64,000 bases of DNA, from assembly GCA_965203095.1 (NCBI GenBank), contig OZ241877.1, positions 384,001 through 448,000 of the forward strand, read 5' to 3'. The notes below the pieces were generated by a model. The model was not told the DNA's origin and searched no databases. It saw only the letters and a list, made by a program, of their open reading frames with translations. Numbering within the stretch: the stretch's first letter is position 1; each line of letters starts with the position of its first letter. The position numbers and the translations under genes are program-made. This stretch comes from Bdellovibrionales bacterium. GTDB taxonomy: Bacteria > Bdellovibrionota > Bdellovibrionia > Bdellovibrionales > UBA1609. Shown here in pieces: positions 9,371 to 20,013 of the stretch.

Positions 9371-10810
9371 TTAATTTTTGTTAAAATTAAGCTCTTTTTT
9401 AAAATAATCTTCAAAAGACCAGCTTTGAAGAGCTGGCAAACTATCATCAGCTAAACCTTCTAATGGAACTTTTAATGAAGAATGACCGTAAACCACAACA
9501 TGAAGTGGTCCCGACAAAACAAACTCTTTAATAAGCTGATTCACTTCTTCAAGAGATATGTTATTTAAAGTGCTTGTATAATTTTTTAAAAAGCGAGGAT
9601 CTAAAGCCAAATGATGAGCATAATGAACCCATAAACTCAACTGCCCCTCCGGCCTTTCTATTTTCGAAAGATGTCTTCTGATTAAAATCTCACGGGCCCC
9701 CTTCAGCTCATCAAGGCTTATGCCCTCTTCCCGAAATCGCTTTAAAACCTTTAAAGCCTCTTGCAAAAACTCTGGAGTGGTTTCGGTTCTGGAAGATCCC
9801 TCAACTGTGAAAAAACCATAAAATTTGCCAAAGGATATACCTGATCTCACAGAGTAAGTTAAACCTCTTTTCTCCCTCAACTCCATGTGTAAACGACTAT
9901 TACTTGCTCCACCTAAAATAGAATTAGCAATTTGCAAAACTAAAAACTTATTAGGCTCTTCAACAGGAAAGGGACCTATAGGATAACCCAGGCGAATCTG
10001 TGACTGAACCAACTGATCATTGGTTAAAAGCTGAAACTTTGGCTCCAACTCAGTTAAAGAAAAATCCTCAGACTTCTTCTGATAAGAAAAACGCTCTTCC
10101 ACAAAAGAGATAATTTTCTTTTTTAAAGAGTTATCGTATTTGCCTACAAGCACAAACAAAGGATTACCGTTTAAATATCGACTTTTGTGAAATTGTTTAA
10201 TATCCTCTAAGGATATTTTTGAAAGGGAGATTAAAGTCCCATCATCACTGGCTCCAACAGGACCACTAAAAAGCTCTCGCCTCCATACAAAATCCGCCAC
10301 AAAATCCGTTTGATCCAACTGTCGTCTGCGACGGGATAGGGCCTGGCCTCTTAAAATGCCCACTTCTTTTTCTTCAAAATGAGGTTCTGATAAAATTTTT
10401 TGAAAAAACTCCCACAAAGCCTCCCCATGCCAACTCAAACCACTGAGAAAAAAGCTGGCCCTTTGTCTTCCAACAAAAACTTCCAAACTGGTCCCTAACT
10501 GGTTGATTTCCTCTTGCAACTGTGAGGAGCTAAGCCCCCCCGCCCCCTGATCGCTCAACAAAGCGGTAAAGCCAGCCAAACCGCTTTTACCTTCAAAATC
10601 ATAATCCGCTCCGGCATGAAGGAAATAAGCCCCTAACCGAACATAAGGCAAACTCTCATCTCGGATAAAAAGGATTTTTAATCCCGAATCCGTTTTGACC
10701 TCCTCATAGTCAAAGGAAAAAAAATCATTTGATTGCATAACAGCTCCTCTTATCACAAAAAACGCTAACAAGATAAAAATAAAAGAGAAAAAAAATAATA
10801 ACCATCTCAT
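9371..10810 (-). CDS. M16 family peptidase, non-catalytic subunit
   Basis: GKSGLAGFTALL (no HxxEH), ILGG..SRL..ELREKRGLTY. Confidence 0.88.
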   Translation of the reverse strand: MRWLLFFFSFIFILLAFFVIRGAVMQSNDFFSFDYEEVKTDSGLKILFIRDESLPYVRLGAYFLHAGADYDFEGKSGLAGFTALLSDQGAGGLSSSQLQEEINQLGTSLEVFVGRQRASFFLSGLSWHGEALWEFFQKILSEPHFEEKEVGILRGQALSRRRRQLDQTDFVADFVWRRELFSGPVGASDDGTLISLSKISLEDIKQFHKSRYLNGNPLFVLVGKYDNSLKKKIISFVEERFSYQKKSEDFSLTELEPKFQLLTNDQLVQSQIRLGYPIGPFPVEEPNKFLVLQIANSILGGASNSRLHMELREKRGLTYSVRSGISFGKFYGFFTVEGSSRTETTPEFLQEALKVLKRFREEGISLDELKGAREILIRRHLSKIERPEGQLSLWVHYAHHLALDPRFLKNYTSTLNNISLEEVNQLIKEFVLSGPLHVVVYGHSSLKVPLEGLADDSLPALQSWSFEDYFKKELNFNKN

Positions 10811-10820
10811 CTGTTAAGCT

Positions 10821-12176
10821 CTACTTAGCCAAAGGCCTTAAAATCACATACGACAAGCGATGAGGATGGAGATATTTCTCCCCTGTTTTTTGAACAAAAT
10901 CAAGAGACATACTGTCTATTTGATCCAACTTCTCATATATTTTTTTATAATCACTAAATAAAATTTCATAATCTAAAATCATACGAGCACGGGATCTGTT
11001 CTTTTTAAGAGAATCCAACATTTCATTTAAAAAAATATTTTTGACCTTTTCTAAAGACCGATTGTTTAATTGCTCAATCCCCTCTTGCATTTCTTTTAAA
11101 ACTTGATTTTTTACTTTTTCCTCCAAGGACAGATCTGTTAAAGGATAACCAACATAAAACACACTATAATCCAACAAATCTATCAAACCTGTATTTATGG
11201 AAGATAGCCAAGCCTGATCTCGAACCATTTTTTTATACAAAACAGAGGACTCGCCAGATCCCAGTATATGATGAATAAAATCTAAAGCATAAAACTCTTT
11301 ACTGGCCTTAGGCGGGGCCAAATAAGCCATGATCACTTGAGGCATTTGGACTTTACGATTCAAAACACGGGAACGGCTTTGTTCTGGTTCTGGCTCCTTT
11401 ACTTTGATTTCCTCTGGAGTTTTTGAAGGGGTCGAAGAGGCCCAGGGGCCAAAGTATTTTTCAATCTGTTTTTTTGCCTTAGAGGGGTTAAAAGCACCAG
11501 AGAGAACCAACACCGCATTATTAGGAGAATAGTATGTGTGATACCACTTGTTTAAATCTTCTAAACGATAATTGGAAATGTCTTTAGAATAACCAATGAT
11601 CGGTTGCCGATAAGAATGTTTTACAAACAACAAGTCAAACATATTTTCTACAAGAAAGCCAAAAGGGCTGTTGTCTGTTCGCAGTTTTCGCTCTTCTAAA
11701 ACAATATTCTTTTCTTTATCTAAATCTTTTTGACTGACAGTGAGATTCATCATTCTGTCCGATTCCACATCTAAAACTAAATCCAGCCTTTCCGGAAGAA
11801 AATAAGACAAATAAGCTGTATAATCATGTGAGGTGAATGCATTGGATGAAACCCCCTTTTCTGTATAAGTTTTTTCAAAATGAGGGTATTTTTTTGTTCC
11901 ATTAAACATCAAATGCTCAAACATGTGGGATATGCCTGTAATCCCCGGCCCCTCATGCCGACTCCCTGTAGCCACTCCTAAAATAAAATAAATTGTTCGA
12001 TCTTTTTTGTCCGGGTTCAACAAGACTTTTAGGCCATTTTTCAGCTTATACTCTTCAACAGGAATATGAAATTGAGAGGACAGGCTTTCAGAAAGAGCGG
12101 GTGAAGACATAAAACAAAATATCCAAGATATATAAAACCAAAGCATAAAAAATTTTTTTAAACCTAAAACAACCAC
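10821..12176 (-). CDS. M16 (pitrilysin-family) zinc peptidase, catalytic subunit
   Basis: GISHMFEHLMF (HxxEH), NAFTSHDYTAY, YYSPNNAVLV. Confidence 0.92.
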   Translation of the reverse strand: MVVLGLKKFFMLWFYISWIFCFMSSPALSESLSSQFHIPVEEYKLKNGLKVLLNPDKKDRTIYFILGVATGSRHEGPGITGISHMFEHLMFNGTKKYPHFEKTYTEKGVSSNAFTSHDYTAYLSYFLPERLDLVLDVESDRMMNLTVSQKDLDKEKNIVLEERKLRTDNSPFGFLVENMFDLLFVKHSYRQPIIGYSKDISNYRLEDLNKWYHTYYSPNNAVLVLSGAFNPSKAKKQIEKYFGPWASSTPSKTPEEIKVKEPEPEQSRSRVLNRKVQMPQVIMAYLAPPKASKEFYALDFIHHILGSGESSVLYKKMVRDQAWLSSINTGLIDLLDYSVFYVGYPLTDLSLEEKVKNQVLKEMQEGIEQLNNRSLEKVKNIFLNEMLDSLKKNRSRARMILDYEILFSDYKKIYEKLDQIDSMSLDFVQKTGEKYLHPHRLSYVILRPLAK

Positions 12177-12259
12177 TTGTCAACAAAACTTTGTGCTTGT
12201 TTTTATCTTATTTTAACCTCCGCGAAAAGCCTTAGCCGGTCATTCTTTCTGTTTTTTGC

Positions 12260-13402
12260 TTAATCAAATTGTTGGAATAGTTTGTCTTTAGAGCGGTCAT
12301 CTCTGATCAGATTGACTATTCTTTTAGCTAATGTTTCAAACAAGTTTTTAAACATTCTCTGGTTTTCTTGCATTTCTAAAAGAGAATAACCACTCTGTTT
12401 AATTTCTTCTTCAGTTAAAGAAAATATAGGTTTTTGGTTTTCTTGAGAAGTAGCAATTAAAGAATTAAAATCACCAATACTAATCAAATTATAAGGAAGT
12501 TCATCTTTTACAAGAGAAATAAAAGAATCTCTATCTATTACCATATTTTTAGATTTTAATGTTTTAGCTAACCGAGTATCAGAAGCGGTTCGTATTTTAT
12601 CAATCCATTTTTGATAAGCTTTAGCTATCCTTTTTTTTCTTTCTTCAAGCTTTTTCTCTCCAATAAGAGGTATTTTTTCCAAAATTGCTTTTTTCCTGGG
12701 TGTATAAATTCTGTATTTTTGAGAGATGATTCCCAGCATTTTAGGAGGCTTTTCTGGAAGAGGGTTAGGGGCTGAAAAATCACGAAACTTGTTAAAAAGA
12801 TCATTCCAAGAGATAAACATTTTTCCAAGGTTTTGTATGGCTTGATATGAGAAAAAATCAGGAGATGTCGGTATTAAAAAATAATCACTACTCATTAAAA
12901 TGCTTCTATTCATAGCTCCTGAACTGGGACTCATATCAACTAATACCAACTCACATTTATTAATTTTAGCAGTTTCTCTTATAACAGCGTTTAAAGAACC
13001 AACAAATTGCTTTGCAAAATTTGCCAATTCACTACCTAAAAGACCAATACTAATTTGTATATCAATGTCAGACATATTCAGATGGCCAGCTACAAGCTTT
13101 AAATTATCATGTAAAGTATCACAGGGTTTAACAGTTTGAATTTGTAAATTTTTTCCTGTGATTATTGGTTCTAAAATAGAATGGATGTCTTCGTTCTCTT
13201 TTTTGCTATAAAAATCCTCTATGGACTGATTTTCTTGTAAACCTAAAACATAAGCCGTCAAATTACATTGTGGATCGGTATCAACTATAAGGGTTTTTAA
13301 CCCTAATTCCGCTAATGTCCAACCTAAGTTAAATGTAGTGGTGGTTTTGCTAACACCTCCTTTATGATTAAACAAAGAGATTAAAATTGGATTTTGAGAC
13401 AT
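12260..13402 (-). CDS. ParA/Soj-family ATPase (stand-alone type)
   Basis: NHKGGVSKTT deviant Walker A, DTDPQCNLT, VDMSPS. Confidence 0.88.
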   Translation of the reverse strand: MSQNPILISLFNHKGGVSKTTTTFNLGWTLAELGLKTLIVDTDPQCNLTAYVLGLQENQSIEDFYSKKENEDIHSILEPIITGKNLQIQTVKPCDTLHDNLKLVAGHLNMSDIDIQISIGLLGSELANFAKQFVGSLNAVIRETAKINKCELVLVDMSPSSGAMNRSILMSSDYFLIPTSPDFFSYQAIQNLGKMFISWNDLFNKFRDFSAPNPLPEKPPKMLGIISQKYRIYTPRKKAILEKIPLIGEKKLEERKKRIAKAYQKWIDKIRTASDTRLAKTLKSKNMVIDRDSFISLVKDELPYNLISIGDFNSLIATSQENQKPIFSLTEEEIKQSGYSLLEMQENQRMFKNLFETLAKRIVNLIRDDRSKDKLFQQFD

Positions 13403-13581
13403 ATTTATATCACTGGTTTTGTAATCAGCCAGTTTTTTTATAAAAAGGCTGATTTAAAGTCAAGTGTATTAGGCCGTTCATTACAATAAGTCAAGTTTTC
13501 ATTTTTTATTATACCACATTTTTGGAAAAAATGGCCTTTGGCTAAAGAAATTAAAGATATAGTGCTTTTTAATAGGTTTTT

Positions 13582-14676
13582 TCACAGGCGAATAGATAGT
13601 TTGTGCAAGTAGCCATCCACAGAGAGAAAATAAATACTTTGAGCAGAATCTGTGCTCAATGCCGATAATCCCCGGCCAAATTTATGCTTTAAAAGAGTCT
13701 TTCCACTATGGGCACTAAGCACTATTAACTCTCCTTCAGAAACAGCTCCATAAACAAGATATTTTTTAAAAAGCAAGATAGACAGCTGATGAGACACCTC
13801 CTTTTGCCAAAGGGCTTGACCATCGGTTTTTTTTAAAGCATAAAGAGCCTTTCGATCCGTTTGATAAACTAAAGGCCCAGCAGGTAAATAAGAGGAAAAG
13901 CCTCCTTTAGCCTTCCAGCGGACCTTCCCATTCAAGGGATTAAGGCAAAACAGATGAAAATCAAATACAGGAACAAAAAGGCAGTTGTTCTCCCATTTTA
14001 AATTCTCCCTTATGGGCTGAGTGGAGGATAGAGATCTTTTCCACTGGACTTTTCCGGTATTTTTATCCAAAGCCACTAAAGAACCATTATAAAAACCCAT
14101 GTAAATCCAGTTTTTATAAATTGCCGGACGAGGTCGGCCCCGGACAAAAAAGCCCCTCGGAAGAGAAGGGCCGGAATAAATCCAAACTCGCTCTCCAGCC
14201 AAAGTGAGAGCATACATTTTTTGATTGTTAGCGGTCCAATAAAGCCGATCCTCATGAATTAAAGGGGGGCCAGAGTTTTCTGAACCGGTCCAAAATTTCC
14301 AATTCAACTGGCCACTTTCAGCTTGCAAACTGTAAAAAAAGCCATCCGCTGAGCCAAAATAAATATTCCCTCTATGCCAAAGTGCCGGACTGGAAGTGCC
14401 GGAGGGAATCAAAAAACTCCAAAGCTTTCGCCCACTTTCTTTGTTGTAAGCATTCATCCCACGAGCATGGCCCTGGAACAGCATATCTTGAATAATTAAA
14501 GGAGGGCTGGCCCGCTCTGTCCTTCGTCTCAATTCTCCAGAAAGACTATCCACAACCCATTCGGTTTGAATTTTAAGAGGTAGGGGAATATCCCTCTTCA
14601 TTAAAAACAGATCCCATTTAAAGCCTAAGCTGAAGATCACTACTAGCCCTACCCCTATTAAAAACTTCCCCCTCAT
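13582..14676 (-). CDS. PQQ-like beta-propeller protein (BamB-like)
   Basis: Repeated A/L-x-x-x-G-x-x-x-W blades; follows a YfgM-like TPR gene. Confidence 0.8.
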   Translation of the reverse strand: MRGKFLIGVGLVVIFSLGFKWDLFLMKRDIPLPLKIQTEWVVDSLSGELRRRTERASPPLIIQDMLFQGHARGMNAYNKESGRKLWSFLIPSGTSSPALWHRGNIYFGSADGFFYSLQAESGQLNWKFWTGSENSGPPLIHEDRLYWTANNQKMYALTLAGERVWIYSGPSLPRGFFVRGRPRPAIYKNWIYMGFYNGSLVALDKNTGKVQWKRSLSSTQPIRENLKWENNCLFVPVFDFHLFCLNPLNGKVRWKAKGGFSSYLPAGPLVYQTDRKALYALKKTDGQALWQKEVSHQLSILLFKKYLVYGAVSEGELIVLSAHSGKTLLKHKFGRGLSALSTDSAQSIYFLSVDGYLHKLSIRL

Positions 14677-15398
14677 TTCTCCTCCTTGAGCCTTCGGTTC
14701 AATAAAAGAAGATTTTTGTAATCCTGAGCTTTTCGCCCCATATAGCCCTCAGGATCTTCTTGAGCCAGATCTGTGTATCGGGCCAAAGCCTCATCATAGC
14801 GATTCATGTTTTCTAAACAAAGAGCCTCTTGCAACCGGCTCTCTAAATGAAGAGGCTGGGCTTTTTTATTTAAAGTGAGGGCGGACAAAAGAGGCAAAGC
14901 CTTTGCACACTCCCCTCTATCCATATAGTAAGAAGCCAATTGAAAAGAGGCCATCTGGTAAAGGCTGGAAGATTTTTTAGGAAGTGCAAAAAGGAGTAAA
15001 AGCTTTATGGCCTTATGGCTATCCCCCTGCCTATTATAAAAATCAGCTAAATCTATAGCAAAAGCTACGGATATTTTGTGCCTTTGTTTCTGCCGGAGGG
15101 CCTCCTCGTAAGCTTGGGCCTGATCTCTTAGTTTTTGTTGAATATTCTCATCAGGAGTAGCCGAATCTGAATCCAAAGTTTTTTGAGCTGAATTTTTGTT
15201 CTCTAATTTTTCCTCCAAAAGAGTTAAGGACTCTTTAAACTCATAGAGGACCGCCTGGGCTTTCTTTTCTAAACTCTCTTCCCTTTGATCATAAGCAATA
15301 AAGGCTAAAATGAGAACTGTGGAAATAGAGCAAAACAAAAGAATCCCTTTGAGATTCCCTTTGATTTTGGCTGAAATTTGATCCGGTCTCAATCTCAT
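14673..15398 (-). CDS. Membrane-anchored TPR protein (YfgM-like)
   Basis: N-terminal TM then TPR-like helices; yfgM-bamB gene order. Confidence 0.7.
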   Translation of the reverse strand: MRLRPDQISAKIKGNLKGILLFCSISTVLILAFIAYDQREESLEKKAQAVLYEFKESLTLLEEKLENKNSAQKTLDSDSATPDENIQQKLRDQAQAYEEALRQKQRHKISVAFAIDLADFYNRQGDSHKAIKLLLLFALPKKSSSLYQMASFQLASYYMDRGECAKALPLLSALTLNKKAQPLHLESRLQEALCLENMNRYDEALARYTDLAQEDPEGYMGRKAQDYKNLLLLNRRLKEEK

Positions 15399-15410
15399 TT
15401 TCTATACCCC

Positions 15411-16463
15411 TTAAGATGAAGATCTTTTGATCTTTTCTTTGGCCATGAGCAAGGCCATTTGAGCTGTATCTATCCCCTCTTCTGAGGCAAATTCACAAAC
15501 TTTTCGAATGACTTTAGGAATCCGTTTGATTTTATCCTCAATCCACTCATTGGATTTTTTAGGAGATAAGTAAGAGGAGACATAAATCAAACCACCACTG
15601 TTAATGACAAAATCAGGGATATAAAGTATGCCTTTTTCCACTAACTGTTGCCCTATAAGGGGATGGCTCAGCTGGTTGTTGGCACCCCCTGCCACAATAG
15701 AGCAATTGAGTTTTTTAATGGATTTTTCGTTGATCACTGAACCTACAGAACAGGGGGAAAAAACATCACATGGAATAGATAAAACTTCTTCTTCTGTGGA
15801 TAGAACTCTGACTTGAGGGAATTTTAATTTTAATTCCTCCATAGGGCCTGGCCTCACATCAAAGGCAAAAATTTCTGCCTGATCCTGTATTAAAAACTCC
15901 ACAAGGTTTAAGCCCACAGCCCCAAGGCCCTGGACCGCCACCTTCAAACCCTTTAAAGAATCCTTTTTGAGATGAAATAAAACTGCCTCTTTAATGCCAT
16001 AATAAACGCCCTGAGCTGTAGATCGACTGGGGTCACCCACCCCTCCTCGGGCCACTGGTCGCCCCACCACATAAGCACTTTGATCCCCTATATACTGGAG
16101 ATCTTCTGTGGTGATTCCCATATCTTTGGCCGCTACATATCTTCCTCCTAAAGACTCCACATGAGTGCCAAAAGACCATAAAAGCTCTGGCGTTTTATCT
16201 CTTTCCGGATCGGCAATAATTACAGACTTGCCTCCACCCAATTTTAAGCCGGCCATAGCGGCCTTATAGCTCATAGATGAAGAAAGGCGAAGAACATCCT
16301 CTAAAGCCTGATTCTCTGTAGGATAGGGGAACATACGACAGCCACCCAGTGCGGGGCCTAAGCTCGCACTGTGAATAGCGATAATGGCCTTTAAACCCGT
16401 TTCGGCATTGGAGCAAAAAATCACTTGCTCATGACCCTGATCTTCAAAAGCTTTAAAAAGCAT
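15411..16463 (-). CDS. Leu/Phe/Val amino-acid dehydrogenase
   Basis: LGPALGGCRM, MSYKAA, GGGKSVI, QGLGAVG, GGANNQL, PDFVINSGG. Confidence 0.93.
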   Translation of the reverse strand: MLFKAFEDQGHEQVIFCSNAETGLKAIIAIHSASLGPALGGCRMFPYPTENQALEDVLRLSSSMSYKAAMAGLKLGGGKSVIIADPERDKTPELLWSFGTHVESLGGRYVAAKDMGITTEDLQYIGDQSAYVVGRPVARGGVGDPSRSTAQGVYYGIKEAVLFHLKKDSLKGLKVAVQGLGAVGLNLVEFLIQDQAEIFAFDVRPGPMEELKLKFPQVRVLSTEEEVLSIPCDVFSPCSVGSVINEKSIKKLNCSIVAGGANNQLSHPLIGQQLVEKGILYIPDFVINSGGLIYVSSYLSPKKSNEWIEDKIKRIPKVIRKVCEFASEEGIDTAQMALLMAKEKIKRSSS

Positions 16464-16681
16464 TAAGCCACCTCATATTGGCCTCTGATCCTCTAAAAAA
16501 ACAGAGAAATCATCATTAGCTAAAAAAAATCATAAAAAAGCTTAAAATCTAAAACCGAATCAGTTTATATAAAAAATATCCCTATAGGCAATAAAAAAAT
16601 GACTGTCCCTATCAATTCTAAAAAAAAATAAGGAAAGCTTGACAAGCAGGATAAAAACTCTCATTTTATTTTAAAACAATT

Positions 16682-17602
16682 ATGATACAGGCTCAAAACC
16701 TTACAAAAAGATACGGGTCCAGAAAGGCCATTTCAAATGTGAGCTTCACTGTCAATAGAGGTGAAGTGGTGGGTTTTCTCGGCCCTAATGGAGCAGGAAA
16801 AACCACCACCATGAAAATCCTCACTGGCTATATGGCCCCTCATAAAGGTTCTGTCTATTTGGACAGGGTGGATGTTTTTGAAAACCCCTTTACAGCTAAA
16901 AAAAAGTTAGGCTATTTGCCAGAAGTCCCTCCCCTTTACTTTGACATGATTGTGGAGGATTACCTTAAATATGTAACCCGGCTTAAGCTCTGCCCTAAGA
17001 AAAAGATTTCTCACTTAGTGGAAGAGGCCATTAAAAAAGCAGGGCTAAAGGATGTGAGAAAGCGTCTCATTCAAAACCTATCCAAGGGTTTTAAACAGAG
17101 AACAGGCCTTGCCCAAGCCTTAGTGAGTGATCCGGATATTCTTGTTTTAGACGAGCCTACTGTGGGTTTAGACCCTCAACAAGTTGTGGAATTTCGGGAC
17201 ACTTTAAAAAAGTTAAAAGGCCAGCACACCATTATTTTATCCACGCATATTTTGCCGGAAGTTCAGGCCACTTGTGATCGTGTCATTATCATCAATGAAG
17301 GAAAAATTGTGACAGAGGATAGCCTGGATAGCCTAAACCAAAAAAGTGCGAAGAGGAGAATTTTTGTCCGGATGAGAAAGCCCTCCGATTTTGTCCTAAA
17401 ACAAATCAAATCCATTAAAGGGGTTTTATCGGTTCAAAAATCCGGTTCCGGTTGTGAGGTAGATTTAGGGTTGGACGAAAATCTGGAAGAAAAAGTAGCT
17501 AAAGCTGTAATAGATAGCTCTGGGGGCCTTATGGAGTTAAAAGTGCAGGACAGTTTAGAAAACCTATTCATCCACTTCACCGGCAAAAAAGAAGGCAAAT
17601 AA
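16682..17602 (+). CDS. ABC transporter ATP-binding protein (GldA-like)
   Basis: GPNGAGKTT, LSKGFKQR, LDEPTVGLD, STH. Confidence 0.92.
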   Translation: MIQAQNLTKRYGSRKAISNVSFTVNRGEVVGFLGPNGAGKTTTMKILTGYMAPHKGSVYLDRVDVFENPFTAKKKLGYLPEVPPLYFDMIVEDYLKYVTRLKLCPKKKISHLVEEAIKKAGLKDVRKRLIQNLSKGFKQRTGLAQALVSDPDILVLDEPTVGLDPQQVVEFRDTLKKLKGQHTIILSTHILPEVQATCDRVIIINEGKIVTEDSLDSLNQKSAKRRIFVRMRKPSDFVLKQIKSIKGVLSVQKSGSGCEVDLGLDENLEEKVAKAVIDSSGGLMELKVQDSLENLFIHFTGKKEGK

Positions 17603-17617
17603 AGAGGAATCAAAAAA

Positions 17618-18412
17618 ATGACAAAGATTCAACTATTTTTCCGGCAAACTTTGTTGATCACAGGGCAGGAGTTGAAGCGACTTGTCCTCAGCCCCTTGTT
17701 TTTTATATGGGTAGGTATAAACTTTATTCTGTTAAGCTATATCTTTCCAAGAGATCTGTTCCGTTTTGCTATGTCTTACACTATGCCTGTTTTTGCCGGA
17801 AGTCCGGCACAGGGGAGGAATATTCACTTTGAGGTTTTTGTCGCCCATGTCTCTTATATCAACTTGATATTTCTTCTTGCTATTCCCGTCCTGGGGATGA
17901 AACTGCTGGCTGAAGAAAAACGAAACCGCACTTTTGACCTACTCATGACCTCTCCTATATCTTCAGGACAAATTGTTTTAGGGAAATACTTATCCCTTTT
18001 GCTGGCTCTAAACTTGTTTTTGATTTTCTCCCTCGCATATCCTCTATCCACAGCCCTTTTTACAGAAATCCCTTGGGGACCTCTCTTCAGCTCTTATATT
18101 GGTTTGTTAGCTCTCACCTCAGCTTACAGTGCCATCTGCTTGTTTGCCTCTTCTTTAAGTTCATCTTTAGTCCTCAGTGCCGTTATTGGCATGATTTTAA
18201 ACATTGGTCTATGGTTTATCTCTCAACAAGGGCAGAGCTTTTCATCCGCCACTTTAACAAGCATTATGGATTATCTGTCCATGTCTCGGCATTTAACTGA
18301 CTTCATTAAAGGTTCTTTGATTATTAATTCCTTTGTTTTTTTCTTCAGCCTTTCGGTTTTTTTCCTCTTTTTGGCTATTAAATCTATTGAAATCACAAGA
18401 TGGAGATCTTAA
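17618..18412 (+). CDS. ABC-2 permease (GldF-like)
   Basis: AEEKRNRTFDLLMTSP..IVLGKYL; multiple TMs. Confidence 0.88.
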   Translation: MTKIQLFFRQTLLITGQELKRLVLSPLFFIWVGINFILLSYIFPRDLFRFAMSYTMPVFAGSPAQGRNIHFEVFVAHVSYINLIFLLAIPVLGMKLLAEEKRNRTFDLLMTSPISSGQIVLGKYLSLLLALNLFLIFSLAYPLSTALFTEIPWGPLFSSYIGLLALTSAYSAICLFASSLSSSLVLSAVIGMILNIGLWFISQQGQSFSSATLTSIMDYLSMSRHLTDFIKGSLIINSFVFFFSLSVFFLFLAIKSIEITRWRS

Positions 18413-20004
18413 AAATGAATTTTTGGAATAAAAAAAATCTCAATCAAGCCTCTCTTCTACTCAGCGGTTTTTGCCTAATTGTAATAGTGAGTGTCCGGAT
18501 GATCCTGGGCTTATGGCATCCTTTTCTTTATGGCTTTTTAGTCTTTCTTCTTGCTGGGCTGATGGGCCACATCTTTTGGAGTTATAAATTTTATCTTGAT
18601 TTTTTATCCATAAAAACAGCTAAAAAGGGGCTTAGCCTGGGTTGGTCTTTTTTGATTCTAATTGTGTTTCTTTCAGCCATATCCTACTTAGGGAATCGTT
18701 TTAACCGATCTCTTGATCTCACAGAGGAGGGGATCAACTCTTTATCTGAGCAAAGCCAGTCAGCATTAAAAACCCTGACAGAAGATCTGACATTTTACAT
18801 CTTTTACAAAGGGGGGAAAATATCCCCACAAAGCCAAGCGATAAAACAAGATATAAAAAACAATTTGAGCCTTTATAAGCAGAACAGTCCCCGGATAAAA
18901 ACTCTTTTTTTAGATAGCTACAAAAACAACTTGAAGGCAGAAAAGTATTTGTCCGATCTTCCGGACAAAAATGATCAAGAGATTTTTGTCTTTGCCCAAT
19001 ACAAGGATCGTAAAATTAGGGCCGAGGCCCCTTTTGCTGAAGAATCCCTCACCTCTGCCATCATAAAAGCTCAAAAAAGGGAGTTTAAAGAGATCTTATT
19101 TCTCACAGGGCATGGGGAAAAGTCTTTGAATAATGAAAAACCGAGCGGTTTAAAAATTTTAAAAAAATCCCTTGAAGATTCTGGCTTTATTTTAAAGGAG
19201 TGGAATTTTATTCAAAACAATGCCCCTCAAAATCCGCCAGCACTGATTATAAATGCCGGCCCTCGTAAGCCCTTCTTGGATTTGGAAAAAACTTATCTAA
19301 AAAGCTATTTGGAACAAGGGGGAAGTTTGCTTTTGGCCCTGGATCCAAAAGAAAAACATGCCCTTCAAGATTTTTTAAAAAGTTATGGGCTTATTTTTAA
19401 AGATGATTTTGTTTTAAGTCAAATAGGCTTGCTTTATGGGGGAATTACAAAAGCCTTGGGGGTGGAGTTGGATCCCACTCATCCCATTAGTAGGCAAATG
19501 AAAGGGCAGGCTGTGTTTTTTGAAAAAGCCAGTTCTATAAGCATTCAGCCCTCTACTTTTGAAAAATTTAAAGTCTCCCAGTTAGTGAAAAGTCATAGGC
19601 AGAGTTTTGCTGTTCCGGAGTTAAAAGAAAAAATTAAAGTCGGCCAGATGGATTCTCTCAACTTAGCTGTGGAATTAAGTAAGAAAGAATCAGCCCCGGA
19701 GACATCCAAAAAAAAACCTTCTGAGTCCAAGGACAAACCCTTTCGCCTCCTTCTTTTTGGCGATAGTGATTTTTTAAGCAATCGCTACATTTATGAAGGG
19801 GCCAATAAGGATTTGATTTTAAATGCTGTGGTTTTTCTCACAGGAGAGGAGGAGCTTGTCAGCATTCGCCCCAAACAACCTAAGGGGACAAAGCTCAGCT
19901 TAAATCGCCCGGAAAAAGTCAGTTTAATTCTTTTTTATATTGTTTGGACTCTTGTGTTTTTACTCACTGGTTTTTGGATCTGGTTTAGAAGGAGAGAGGC
20001 TTAA
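18400..20004 (+). CDS. GldG-like ABC auxiliary component
   Basis: DLTEEGINSLS, FLTGHGEK, GDSDFLSN, N.DLILNAV; start may be 18415. Confidence 0.85.
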   Translation: MEILKMNFWNKKNLNQASLLLSGFCLIVIVSVRMILGLWHPFLYGFLVFLLAGLMGHIFWSYKFYLDFLSIKTAKKGLSLGWSFLILIVFLSAISYLGNRFNRSLDLTEEGINSLSEQSQSALKTLTEDLTFYIFYKGGKISPQSQAIKQDIKNNLSLYKQNSPRIKTLFLDSYKNNLKAEKYLSDLPDKNDQEIFVFAQYKDRKIRAEAPFAEESLTSAIIKAQKREFKEILFLTGHGEKSLNNEKPSGLKILKKSLEDSGFILKEWNFIQNNAPQNPPALIINAGPRKPFLDLEKTYLKSYLEQGGSLLLALDPKEKHALQDFLKSYGLIFKDDFVLSQIGLLYGGITKALGVELDPTHPISRQMKGQAVFFEKASSISIQPSTFEKFKVSQLVKSHRQSFAVPELKEKIKVGQMDSLNLAVELSKKESAPETSKKKPSESKDKPFRLLLFGDSDFLSNRYIYEGANKDLILNAVVFLTGEEELVSIRPKQPKGTKLSLNRPEKVSLILFYIVWTLVFLLTGFWIWFRRREA

Positions 20005-20013
20005 ATACACGGG

